A stretch of DNA of 64,000 bases, taken from NCBI GenBank assembly GCA_977017575.1, contig CDRNVI010000054.1, positions 186,001 to 250,000 of the forward strand, given 5' to 3'. The DNA is from Paramoeba atlantica. Lineage: Eukaryota; Protista; Discosea. The translations under genes and the position numbers were made by a program. Positions within the stretch are counted from its first letter, which is position 1; each line of letters begins with the position of its first letter. The notes beneath the pieces were generated by a model. It saw only the letters and a list, made by a program, of their open reading frames with translations, searched no databases and had not been told where the DNA came from. Of the stretch, positions 9,886 to 22,035 are shown one piece after another.

Positions 9886-12682
9886 GGTTTGCTGAACGTG
9901 GGTAACACAGAAGTCTAGCACCAGAACGGCCGCCAGGCCAGAGCTCGGAAGGAAGACATCTCCTGGCCTCGTGAGGCCGCCACCAGGGCCGCGGTTCCCA
10001 AGACTCTTTTAAAGTTGCGGAGCGAGATGTGTTTTACTGCACACCGTAATGAAGTGCTCCACTAGCGCGTTGTGCCGGGAGATAAGGCCATAGCCACTTT
10101 TACACACCAGGGCATGGTTCCCCTCGCGCCCGAGAGGCTGCGCACACTTGGTCATAGGACAGGGCCGAGATTCCACGTAGACGTCAGCTCCCAGCCACCA
10201 ACGGGTGAGAGCGCGTTGGGGGTGGTTCGGTGGCGAGGAATTCTGTCAAAAAGACGGGGCAGGGCAGGCGACAAGGGTGTTTATTTCGAAGCTTTGAGAG
10301 GGTTTCTGGGCTGTCTGGCGCCATCGGAGAGGCCGTAAGGGCTGCCATACCCCGGGAAAATTCGCCTTGTCGTGCGGGGAGCTCTGCGCGAATGGCTGCT
10401 CGCTTCTCGTCGTTGTGAAGGGTTTTCGGAGAACTATGTTGCTTGTTATTGAAGGAGGAAATTGCATCATACCATAGGTCAGCGTATTCGCGCGCTTGCC
10501 AACGCTCTAGGCACTTGAGAACGTGGTTGGCGTACGAAGTATGTCCTTTGCGCCCCCCACGATAAGGGGTAGGGAGGACGCACTTCGGGAGCATCGCTAA
10601 GAGGGTCAAAGCGCAAGTAGTGTTTTCCTTCGCCGCGGCAGCCATCGCCTCGGAAAGAGCCGACGCCCAAAGTTGACCCTTGTGCCCTCCAAGTGCATCC
10701 GTCCGCGGGACAAACACGAGATTCTGTGGGCATGAAGAGGGGAAGTGTGGTTGCGGAGAGATTATTGGAATGGAGAAGAAGCGATCGTCGTGCAGAGTAC
10801 GGGGTATCGGGTCCCGGATTCTGTTCCACTCCGCCTCGCACGAGTTCGTTTTTTACGCTCGCTTGGGTCCACCCGGTGCTGGTCTCTAGCTCTAGGGCAG
10901 GCGAGGTGAGGTTTTGCAATACGCGGGGAGGGCCTGGGTTCCACTCCACTCCCCCTCGTAAAAGACCGATATCTACCTGGGTCTTGCTCCACCCTGAGTT
11001 CGCGATAAGCTTCTCGCTGGGCGTGAAACACCAGTGCGGTCCTGAGGGGGAGGGCACTTCGCACCACGCGGGGGCGAATTCTGGGTCGATACCTAAATGT
11101 GAACATATAGCAACCGATAATTTGTTATTAGGCACGCTGGAGGGGACAGTGATGGACGTCTCACCTGTCGGGTATCCGTAAATGAGGACTCTGTTTCCTG
11201 ACGACTTTGCGGCGTTGTAAGGTATCCGAAGAGCAGTGCCTAAAGTGACTAGGGGTGATATGTTGCTGAGCTTCTCGGTTAAATCCATAGTGGCTCCGGT
11301 TGCTGAATCAACGAGTGTCACGAGCTCACTGCGGAGCCCCAAACAGAGCGCGATCTTGTCTCTAACTGAATCCAGATGGGTGTGAGACGGAACACCTGGG
11401 AAGGTGAGCTTTTCCCCAGGCGATGGGCAAAGAAGGAGACGAATTGTAACGTCGACGGTGCTGTCGTCATCTAGATCGTCATCCCAGCCCGGGCCGATCC
11501 AGTCCTCCAATTCAGTTTCCTTCATGTTTCTCTCGGCCTTTTGCATAAAAGGCGAGTTAGCAGACGGCGTTCTTGTGAGGGCTTGAAGTTCCCGGTGGAA
11601 GGTCTCTACTTTCTCTACAATCTCGGAGCTTTCCTCTAACAGGATACTTCTTTTGGCGTCCATAGCTTTGCGAAACGCAACCTTGATGTCGTGTTCAAGG
11701 TGTACTTTCTTGTGCTCAATCAGTTGGTCGGCAACCATCAGTTGCTTTGAACAGGTGTTGCAAACGTGTCCCTTTTTCTCTATAATGGAGAGCTTTCGGG
11801 CAAGAGCGAGATGCCACTCGCGTCTTGAGTTAAGGTTTTGGAGAAGGAGATTGTGTCTGGAGACGAGCTCCTGGGCGACTAATTGAACGAAGGAGAGTTC
11901 TTTTTCGGTTGAACGGATCTCGTGCTCTATGTCCGCTATGAAACCGTTTTCAGGGACCCGGTTTCTCTTTAGAGTGGAATGTGATTCTTTATTTAGCTTC
12001 TCAAACAGGGAAAAACGTTCCTCCAATGAAAGAATGTGTTTCGTCTTTCCCGTAGGGGTTTCGCTTTCGCTAGAGGAGAAGGGGTAGTTACTGCGCGTTA
12101 CCCCCTTTAGTGCTTGGACGAATGTTTTCTTCGGCCGTTCGGTGTGTGAAGCGAAGGAAGTTGCAGTTCTGGCAGGAGGGCGTGAGGGGAGCTTTGACGT
12201 TCCCATAAATCGGGGAAGCTTCGAGGACGGAGTTCCGGTGTGATCTCGTGGGGCATGAGGGGATTCGAAGTCGCACGCATCACAGCGATTGAAATAGGGG
12301 CGTTTAGGGCTGAAAGGGGACGAACACACTTCGCAGGGTTTAGTGAGACCCTGAGAAGTGTTTGAACAAGACAGTGCGCAGGACTCACACCACCGGAAGT
12401 AAGGCCTAGCGGGAAAGAACGGGGCGGAGCAAGCAGCACATGATTTTGAGTGCTGGGTGGGCTTGGAGGGTTCGTCGCCGCGCGTGGCTGGACGGAAGGG
12501 TACGAGCGAATGGTGGGATGTAATGGGGGCTGTGAGAATTTGGGCGAGCATTTCGCGCAAAATCGGTGGGCGGGGTTATGTGGGACAAAACGTGTGCCAG
12601 TGACAACACCAGAGCTTCCCCCCTGATCGAGGGTCATTCATTGGCGTATGTAAAGTCAATAGGAAAGAAAAGAGAAATAATT
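9886..12682 (-). mobile_element. CRE-clade retroelement (copy g): SL-headed, RT deleted; zinc ribbons, C2H2 finger, two 2A-like motifs
   Basis: ORFs 10479-12560 and 10184-10717 (LLAMLPKCVL...LRNKHP) join directly to RWWLG...CPMTKC...NHALVC...RPGDVF...LDFCVTH at about 10215; no RT motifs between them. Confidence 0.85.
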
Positions 12683-12701
12683 CAACAAGGTACAGAAACT
12701 G
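12683..12701 (-). ncRNA. SL exon, right half (CAGTTTCTGTACCTTGTTG)
   Basis: Abuts the 3' terminus of the YR element; the matching left half lies at 24770-24783. Confidence 0.85.
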
Positions 12702-12820
12702 AGGGTGTTGCCAATCCCTGGTCAGTAATCGGCCCAGGGACATAGCAACTCCCCATTATCTCGGGCGTAGTAAACACGCCTTGGCTTGCCTGGCACTGAG
12801 ATCAGCCATTGGAAAAAAAA
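12701..12820 (-). repeat. 3' terminal segment of the YR element
   Basis: The reverse complement of 12701-12812 is identical to 23279-23390 (112 nt), extending into a T-run. Confidence 0.92.
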
Positions 12821-13378
12821 CCCTTTTTTTTTCGTTAGAGGCCTCCTTTCTCAGCCCAGGGGCTTCCCACTTAAGGGGCCCGTTCCCACAACCAAGTGAT
12901 CTCCCCGGCAACACGATTTCATTCGTGCGTCAAGAAGGCTGGGCTATGGGACCAGGGAGCTCTAGAACAAGTGCAGCAACTTGTGAGCCTAATTCGACAT
13001 GAAATGATAGTAGGATTAAATTAGTTCATACTAAAACTAAATTATAAATTGCATGTACTGAAAACATAAAAAAGGAAAAATAACACGCGCATAGCTTATT
13101 ATGCGGTCTTAAAAGATTTTGTATTTCAAAATATTTACATGGTCATAAACAAAAATCCAGTAAAAGCAAATTACCTGTAAATTTTAGATTCTGCATTTTC
13201 TTATTATGTCTAATCATTCGACTCGAATGCTGACGGGGTTTCTACTCTCACTCTATGCGTGGACCTTAGACGAGTTGGCTACGGATTTTCCGTAACTGGA
13301 GCAATAGAGATGAATATACTGGTTCATTTTTTTTTAGGGTAGTCCATTCGCCTTCGCAGCTTCGTTTACTTGTCAATC

Positions 13379-15136
13379 TCAGATTATGATTGGGTCCATA
13401 TGTGAGAGAGCGATTTCGACTCCTCCGGGCAAAAGACCGTCTTTGACTCGGAATCCGAACTCTTCCCGCGTTAGGCCGTCTGCTGGATTCTCCTTAGATT
13501 TGAGATAAAAGATGCGAAACGATAGCCCACTCTTTCTCCTTTCTTCGATGTCTAGGAGATGCTGACAAATTGAATGTCGAACTGATGTGCGCTTTTGGAG
13601 TGCCCGCAGAACGTCCATATTATCGCATCCTAGAATCACATGGGGAGCAAGTTCCCACCCTTTGATTAAGGCGGCTTTTGCCGCAGAGAACTCCGCATCG
13701 TATATATCTCCCGATACAAGTATTGGAATACTTTCTTGCAGCAAAATTTCTCCCGATTGACGGAGTACGCATAAACCAGTGTGGGTCGAAGATGCGTCCG
13801 AAAAAGCAAGAACGAGATGGGAAATTGGAATTGGCGGTAATGCGCAACTTCTCTTGTCACTCAATATACGCACTACATGCATGCTCAAGAGCTTTAAGTC
13901 TTCGCTCTTCAATTTGTAAAAGCTTTCTTCGGATAGGTGCGATATCTCTTTCGCGATCATTCGAACATCATAAACTGAAGCAAAGGAGGATTGGGTGACC
14001 ATTGTATCCCACATGATCACACCTATCACCCTCTTTATGTCTCGCACGGTCGTAGGTGACACCGTTTCTAGTACTCTCCAACGAGCAATGTTAGATTCAG
14101 CGTGTTTCCAAAATAAATTGCCTATTTCCCAAGAGAACTCTATTCCTAAAAATAGGGCTTGATCACATGGGCCGTCGATATATTTCCATTCGACGTTGCA
14201 ACCCGTTGGCGGTCTCTTCATGCTTTTCATGAGTTGCGATCTTAACTGACTTAAAAAACCTTCGTTGCTAGATATGACCAACACATTGTCAATCCAAACA
14301 AATACTGCACCTTGTTTTGCTTTTGTCTTCTTATTTATCGCCCACGCGAATGCCGGAGGTGATTCAGATGTGTCTCGGACAGGTAACATCTCATAACCTG
14401 TAGTACAAGCCGCTAAAACAATTATCCATGCCAGACATTGGGCAAGATAAGGAGCCCAAGAGAACCCCATTGGGAGAACTCGCAACTCGAAAGTCTTGTC
14501 CTCGCATTTTATTGAGAATATGCGACCCAAGCCTGATGGGATTCGTATTTGATGAAAGAAATGACGAATGTCCGCAATCAAGAATTTTCCACCTGGAAAG
14601 CATGATAAGATGTGTGTGACTTCTGCGAGAGCTGGAAAGTTTAGCCTAGGGGGAGTAGCGCATCTATCGTTTATAGGGGTGCAATCTACGATGCTCCGAG
14701 ATGAAATTTCATCTTTTGGCACTTCAAAGTATCGTAAATAAAGGCGAAAATCATTACGAAAATCCTGAACTCTGCGCAGTACTTCATACGAACAAAGCTC
14801 AGCTAAGTGATCACACCATTTTGCTTCAGAATGTACCCCAAGTTTCCCACGAAAGCCTTCGAATTCCGTGAAAAGACGAAATGAGTGTTCATTAGTGAGT
14901 ATGGTAAGGCACTTTTTTCCCCACGTGTACGTGCTTCGAGATGCAATAGCGCATAGAGTATCGATATGAAGACGACCTGCAACCGAAATGGGATCAAGGG
15001 CCCGTTGCTTTAGTGTACAGGACTTTTGGAGGACTGCACCATATGCCGTTCCATATTCTAGGTTGTTCGCGGGTTCGTTCATTAATACTATATTATATCC
15101 CAATGTCAAAAGACGAATAAACCTACGTTTATTCAT
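13379..15136 (-). CDS. DIRS/VIPER-type reverse transcriptase + RNase H
   Basis: IADIRHFFHQI, LPMGFSWAP, VWIDNV; RNase H motifs FSDAS, AEF, GCDN, KENPADGLTR. Confidence 0.88.
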   Translation of the reverse strand: MNKRRFIRLLTLGYNIVLMNEPANNLEYGTAYGAVLQKSCTLKQRALDPISVAGRLHIDTLCAIASRSTYTWGKKCLTILTNEHSFRLFTEFEGFRGKLGVHSEAKWCDHLAELCSYEVLRRVQDFRNDFRLYLRYFEVPKDEISSRSIVDCTPINDRCATPPRLNFPALAEVTHILSCFPGGKFLIADIRHFFHQIRIPSGLGRIFSIKCEDKTFELRVLPMGFSWAPYLAQCLAWIIVLAACTTGYEMLPVRDTSESPPAFAWAINKKTKAKQGAVFVWIDNVLVISSNEGFLSQLRSQLMKSMKRPPTGCNVEWKYIDGPCDQALFLGIEFSWEIGNLFWKHAESNIARWRVLETVSPTTVRDIKRVIGVIMWDTMVTQSSFASVYDVRMIAKEISHLSEESFYKLKSEDLKLLSMHVVRILSDKRSCALPPIPISHLVLAFSDASSTHTGLCVLRQSGEILLQESIPILVSGDIYDAEFSAAKAALIKGWELAPHVILGCDNMDVLRALQKRTSVRHSICQHLLDIEERRKSGLSFRIFYLKSKENPADGLTREEFGFRVKDGLLPGGVEIALSHMDPIII

Positions 15137-15432
15137 TAGTAATCAAATGGCGGAATGCATAGCTGTGCGCCACATAAGAAATAATCGTTGTACAAGACAA
15201 ACTTGTACAAGACACGTATGATTTCACGTAGAGATTTAGGACATTATTGGAGGAAGGTCTCATAGTTGTAACACTCGATTTGTAACGACTCTCTTTTTTA
15301 TAGCTTCCAACTTCTTTCACTTAACGTTTCGACTTGAAAACCAAACTTTTAGTATCTTTAATTTAGTGAAACAAGTCTCCAAGGAACTAGTTTACATGGA
15401 ACTAACTATATTATGAACTAATTACGCAGAAG

Positions 15433-15457
15433 AAGATACAGTTTCTGTACCTTGTTG
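15433..15457 (+). ncRNA. SL exon 3' part (25 nt) heading RLE element c
   Basis: AAGATACAGTTTCTGTACCTTGTTG, then AATTATTTTC and an ATG at 15497. Confidence 0.85.
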
Positions 15458-18400
15458 AATTATTTTCAATTTTGTACTAAACTTATCTCTCGGAGCATGT
15501 CCTCCAATGTTATCACATCTGCTCCCGACGCGCACGACGGCCTTCCTCGAGGACCTGTCAGCGCGAAGCAACAGAATTTCCACTTCATCCAGAGTCGCGC
15601 GGTACCAGTGAAACTTCGACTCGCTTCAAGCGTTCAGTGGTCATATTTTCCGGATGCACACGCCGCGGCTGTCTTTTTTACCGATAAGAAGTTCTTCTCG
15701 AGTGTACACACTGCCGAAGCTTCCCTAAACAAGACTCTAAAAACAGAGAACAAAAGAAGTGACGGGCTAGTCGTCGGTAAATGCACAGTACAGAATGTTA
15801 TGGACCATGGTGCATGCGAATACCTGGAATATAAAGAGAAGAAACCACCTCACCGCACTTTCCGCCACGCCAGCTGGACGTCCGCTTTTCACGACTCGGA
15901 GATGTGTCTCGACTCGCATTATTCGTCTCCCCAAAACTTAAGCAAGGCAGTGATGAAAAAACTAAACGGCGACAATGTCCCTGGACTGTCCCAGTATGAA
16001 ATAAAACATATAGCGCGAAGCACTGAGTCCACAAGCGGGACTTGGCTACAACATCAAATCACCTACGATGCTGCATACAGGATTCGGGAACAGCCAACAG
16101 GACCGGAAACCTCATCACAACCTACAAAGCCACGTCAACCATGCAGCCACAAATGTCGCGACAAAAACTCATGCCTGCATGCGTGCTGTAAAGTCACCGC
16201 CGTGGTTAATCCGCCCGCAGAAGCTACCGCCGTGGGACCGAATAGTACGGAAAGGGAGGCACCACTTGTCACAACAACGAACTCCATCCGTCACCATACG
16301 AATACGGAGACGCGAAGACCTTGCAAGCACACCCGTCGCGACAAAACAAAATGTCTACACAGTTGTTGCAAAATTGGTGTGCTCGTATCCAAAGACGAAC
16401 TGATGGAACTTGCATTCCGCACAGCCTCCAATGGATCAACCGGTTACACATACGAACTTTACCCCTGCCCACTCGATCGATGCCCACCCCGATATGACGA
16501 CTATCACATGCACGAACACGGAAAATCGCATACACGCACATGTAATAGAAACTAACAGCTCGGAAAGGAGTCTCGCAAGACCAACACGACTTATGCCCCA
16601 CACACAACCACCGCCACAAGGGAGCAACAGCGATCCTAACGCAACAGAGACGGCCAACCGGGACAACTACCGTCCATGCAAGCATCAGTGTGGCAATAAG
16701 ACTCTATGTAAGCACAAATGTTGCAAGGAGGGAGTCCGCATCAGTCCAACGGCGAATAGAAACCACTCATGGTCATTGCGAAATCTAATTCCGTGGACAT
16801 CGGCTTCCACGGATGTAACCGAAATTCCCACAGCAGAGACGCCAACCACGCGAACGGAGACCACGGAAGGGACCATGGGAGAAATTCCACTTCCCAACAC
16901 CCAGCCTCCCGGCACCGCCCCCAACGAACCGTCCCCCAGTAACGAAAATGACGTATCACGAGACACAAGACCACGTCGTCCCTGCAAGCATAAGTGCAAA
17001 GATAAATCGCAATGCCAACACGCCTGCTGCCAAAAAGGCACGCTCGTGAGAGCTGGAGAAATCGCCTGCTCTGCAATATCCTGGACTGTACGAAACCTCC
17101 TTATACTCGATAGACCGACCCAACCGACCGCACTGCCTGCCCCCCAGGAAGTTCAACCATCCTCACAACCTGAGCCCCTCGCCGACCGCTTTCCAACAAC
17201 CCCCGTCGCAGATTCTCCCCCGCATCCTGCAAACGCCGCAATGTCTACTGAACGACGCCCAGATCCGATCTCAGACCGCTCATACCACAACGGTGCCCAC
17301 ACTATACTCCAACGAACCCCACGAACAAACGCATCGCATGCCACACCACCCTGTCCACGCTCGGAGCTCGAGAGCATGCTTGAAACATTCCGCACCATTC
17401 AAGGTGGACGTGCCCTGGTGCACTTTGACACTAGCCAATGGGATCTCACCATCTCAAGAATTGAAGGACGTTGCAATGCATTCATGCACCCTGCGCGAAG
17501 TAAAGAAGACGCGCTGTTCCAAGCTGAAGTCATTTTTGCCATCTTGGCTGTATCCGTCTACGAAACTGCGAAAGAGATTAACCCCACACGCGGGTTTCTA
17601 TTTCGAACCCGAACAGGCAGGTCCAAACGTAGCTCACGCCCCCTTGCCATCGACCGTACTCTCAAGTCATTAAATCTACACGTTCGTCAACTAAAACGGT
17701 CACTGACCTTTATGCACGGCCCAGAGCGAAATGCCCAAAGAGGGAGGATAAAAGAAGCACACAAAGCGCTAAAACTATACGAGGAAGAAGCACGCCTACA
17801 AAAAATGGAAATCGAACGACGGTGGGCTCAAACTCGATTTCAACGCAACCCGTGGACAGCTGCAGGGGAGTGCTTAGACCACCACGATGCAGATCGCGAC
17901 GGGAAAGACTCATTATATCCCACAGTGCCCATCCAGGAGGTCAAACGCTTCTTCGAGACATCCTTGACCAAACCGGACGGGACATTCAGCATCCCACCAG
18001 ATGAGTTTACCGAACCTAGACCACGTGGACACATGGAATGGGTCGAGATAGATGGACCCACCATTGCCGCAGCCATATCATCAAAACGTTCGGGGGCCGC
18101 CCCGGGGTCAGATACCATAACCAACATCTTGTTAAAGCGTTGCCCTTCCATCTACTCGGTCGTCGCGCAGGTATTCAACGACATACTCAAATTCGGCGTA
18201 TGCCCGCCGACATGGAAAACGGCCGTCACCCGACTGATCCACAAAGGAGGCGACACCAAACTCATGGAAAACTGGCGCCCAATTAGCCTTACCAGCTGTC
18301 TCGGGAAACTTTTTCACTCAATCATAAGTCATCGCATCCTCCACCACGCCCTCGATTCTCACGCCATAGACACGTCGATACAAAAAGGTTTTCTCCCCCA

Positions 18401-20316
18401 CATGAATGGTACTGTAGAGCGCACTCAAGTTGTATGTGAACTCCTCGAATACCAAAGATGCCACAAACGACAATACTGTCTAGCACAGTTCGACATCAAA
18501 AATGCTTTCGGGTCCGTACCCCATACTGTGCTGTTACAGGCTCTAAAATGGGCGCGCGTATCTCCAATTATCGTTCAATACATAGAACAACTCTACGAGA
18601 AAGCATCCATTCAAATCAAGTGCGCTGAAGGTCTTACAAAACCCATCCCGATAGATCGAGGTGTATTGCAGGGCGATACTGTCTCCCCCATACTATTCAA
18701 TCTTGCAATGGAGTTGGTTCTGCGTTTCGTTCGATCAAGCTGCCCACAATATGGGATCACATGGGATGACAAAGAGACCTTTCTCAAAGCCTTCGCCGAC
18801 GACCTTACCATCATTACGAATACCCCCAGGGAAATGCAAAATACCACCAATGTCCTTGTAAAAGGCCTTTCCGACATTGGGATGAACCTCAACGTTAAAA
18901 AGTGCCGAATTCAGCACATGTCAATGACGCAAGACTCGGGTTATATGACTCGGCGTCCTCAGCTCACAATCAATGGAGCTCCGATTCCCCAGATATGCGA
19001 CAAAGGAAGCACCTTCTTAGGGATGACGCTTGCTCCAGGTGCACAACAAAGCAAGATTCTCTTCCAGAAACTGCGAGCTCGTCTGCGCATGTGGCTACAA
19101 AATATTACGAATAGTGCCCATGACCTGCCCGCACGACTCTGGATATACAACCAGGGTGTCATCTCGCGTCTTCGTTATTCCCTTGTTGTGAATACCTGCC
19201 TCTCGTTCAACCACGTGCTTCGTCTTCAGAGGTACGCTACACAAGCGATCCGTAAATGGCTCAACCTCGCCAAAACAGCCACGAGTGAACTTCTCTACTC
19301 CGAACACGGGTGGAACCTCCTGAGCTTGTCTAAACTGTGGCTCTTATGCACAGCACAAACTACTCAGCAAATGGAGAAATCAAAGGATCCTGCTGTCAAG
19401 TATTCATTGCGCGAACGTATTCGTCGAGAACAAGCGAAGAGACAATCCGGGCACATTCGACCCTCAATTGACATTCAAAGCCTCCACGGCGGTAATGTCC
19501 GAAGAGTACTTGCAACTGAATATGAGCGTCACCTTTCCCAAGCTGTTCAACGACGTACGACCGTAGCTGGGCAATGGTTCAGGATGGCCACTGAGGCGGA
19601 TCTAGCGAGGGATTTTGCCGCTGCACTATGTAATCTGAAAAGCGAGAGCCTCTCAAGATTTACGGCATCAGTTATTACTCAGACCCCCCTTCCTACGAGG
19701 GCATCACTCCGCAAATGGGGCGTTTCAACCCACACCAGCGACAAGTGCCCGATATGCAGAACCGAAACGCAGACCACACGCCATATCCTCTCCGGGTGTG
19801 CAAAATCACTCGAACAGGGCTGATACACCCTGCGGCATGATCTAGTCCTCCAAACCCTAGCATACTGTGGCCAATTCTCCTGCAACAAGACTCGCGCACT
19901 TTGATCTTCCTCAGTTCCGCTCCACTCCGTCGTGGCTCACAAACTTGGACACTGAGCTCCGACCGGACGGCTGGGTGAAACTGGCGAACGGGGAAGAATA
20001 TATCATAGAGCTCACTTGCCCCTGGGAGGAGAACTTTGCTTACGCACATGAACGGAAAATGAACAAGTATACAAATATTTATCATTCCAGGAGGCTTGAG
20101 CACCCAGCCACCTTTCTTCTGGTGTTCGAAGTAGGCGCAAGAGGGAAGCTCCACAGCTCAGCTCGAGCTCTGAACTCTCTTTTTCTTGGAAACGATAGCC
20201 TCATCGAAGCATGCCGACAAAGTATGACCCAGAGCGCACTGCGAGGAAGTTTTCAAATTTTTCAGCACCGCGATGACGTAAACTGGATCTATGACCCAAA
20301 TTCAAACGTTGCTTGA
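15458..20316 (+). mobile_element. HERO/NeSL-like RLE non-LTR retroelement (copy c), pseudogenised, nested inside the YR element
   Basis: ORFs 15452-16555, 16410-19823 and 19867-20316: DIKNAFGSVPH, QGDTVSP, FADD, CPICRTETQTTRHILSGC, LRPDGW...IIELTCPWEE...KY. Premature TGA at 19821, where the paralog reads GRYTLRHD. Confidence 0.9.
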
Positions 20317-20458
20317 ACTAAAAGTGAATTAAACGCGTTGTGTGCGCGGATAACGGAATTATTTTCCGATATTCACTTTACCAAATCTCTGCAGATTAAC
20401 TGTATGATAATATGATAGGAGAAAATCACGCGAGTGGCTTTTTGTTTCTTTCCGTTCT

Positions 20459-21335
20459 CTAATCATGCACTTGAGAACGCGGTGCTAAGTAGTGCTTCTG
20501 TCTCACCTGTCTCGACATGCCCGACAGTGCACTGGACATCATGTCAGCGACGTTTTCTACTATGGCCCCAGTACCACCATGTCTCAGAGTGTGAGTTCCA
20601 TCAAAAGTCACTCCAGATGGCCATCCCAATTCGGTGGATGCTCTTTTTACAAGTTTACTCGTGGACCCTTTCTTGTACGCCGGAAACGCAAGGTCTCCAT
20701 GTGTTACGTCACGCAGGGCATTTCGCACTTCTTCGGTTGCAACATGAGTAAGAGGTTTGCACTTTTGCTTATCAGTTGAGTAACTCTTTGTTTTATCGTG
20801 GCGGATGAGAAGATGAGAACAAGAGCCTTCTACACGCAAATCCCCGCCACGTATCTTCTTCACAGGGTCGAAGAGCAGCGTAGTATTGCACGCGAAAAGC
20901 TCTTGCGAGCTGCGGCCCGTTAGCACGGGGTGTGACCCACCGTACAAGTTCGTGTAACATATTTTCTGATACATAGCCTCTGGGACATTTTTCTTGTCTA
21001 TGCTGCTCTGCCTCAATGGCAGCCCCGTCCACTGCCCGAAGTATGAGGCGGTCGCCTGCCCAGGGGCGTTCACCTGCTTCGAGGTCAAAGTTTTGACATT
21101 CCTGATAGAAGAGCAGGGCACTGCGGTAACCTTGAAAAGTCGATTTGGCGCATCCAACCGATGCGTGATGCCACAAAAAACATCCGAACGCTTCTTTCGT
21201 TATTTTTTCGAATCCTCGGTTCTTGCAAAACTTTCGTAAAGCAGCAAATCGGGCCTCGTACATCCTTCGCGTTCCGGGTGCAATCGACTTTAATGCCAGA
21301 GCTGCCAGATACCCTTCGCAAGAATCTTTCTGCAT
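20459..21335 (-). pseudogene. Tyrosine recombinase, frameshifted
   Basis: Two overlapping ORFs together give ALRPCE (R), HDKTK (K), GTHTLRHGG (HxxR) and KHYL (Y). Confidence 0.85.
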
Positions 21336-22035
21336 CTAAAAGTATGCAAAAATACTAAATGTGTGTGATTACATGGTTTATTTACATATACCGTATGCAA
21401 TCTCATATCTTCAACGGAATGGCCAGTTTAATATATTTAACTTTCCATGTGTAAAATAGCGGATGAAATAACAGACTGTTTTGTTGTAGACACACTTATT
21501 CATTCAGTTCATTTTGTCTTATGGTTTCCCCGATTTTCAAGGAGAAACTGCACCATATTATGACTTACTTTTAATCTGGATGCCACCCATTTGCCCCTTT
21601 TTGGTATTCCAACAAATTGTGCTTAATGATTAGGCACCTACGTACTAGATACACTGTATGTTAATCTGATGGGAATAATTATCACACTTTCCCTCACTAT
21701 ACATGTATTACTTAACGTCTAAGTAATGTGCAAAGCCCATTTTCTTTCCACAATGTCTATGCTGTATAAAGGCGTCTGTTGTGTGTGAGTGTCACTCGTT
21801 GTATGACAAATACACACAATCCTAATGATCTGCACAAGCAAATAATAATATTCGTGCTCTATGTTCAGCCCAAACATGAATCTGATTAAGAAAAACTAAA
21901 ACATACATCTATTGCCCCCAAGATCGGCAATCACGGCCCCTTTTCATGTTTATTCTTTCGATCGTTCATTTCCCGAGAAAACTTTTCTGGCCGTTCTAGG
22001 CCTTTGACGAACCCTTCTCGATTAGAACGATAAGA

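Noticed and set aside
15400-20345. Target-site duplication for element c (TGAACTAA near both ends)
   Set aside because: The left copy is about 12 nt from the SL head and the right copy overlaps the stop codon; not convincing.
21340-22030. AT-rich stretch between gag and YR as a separate element or gene
   Set aside because: No ORF, terminal repeats or homolog found in the window; left unassigned.
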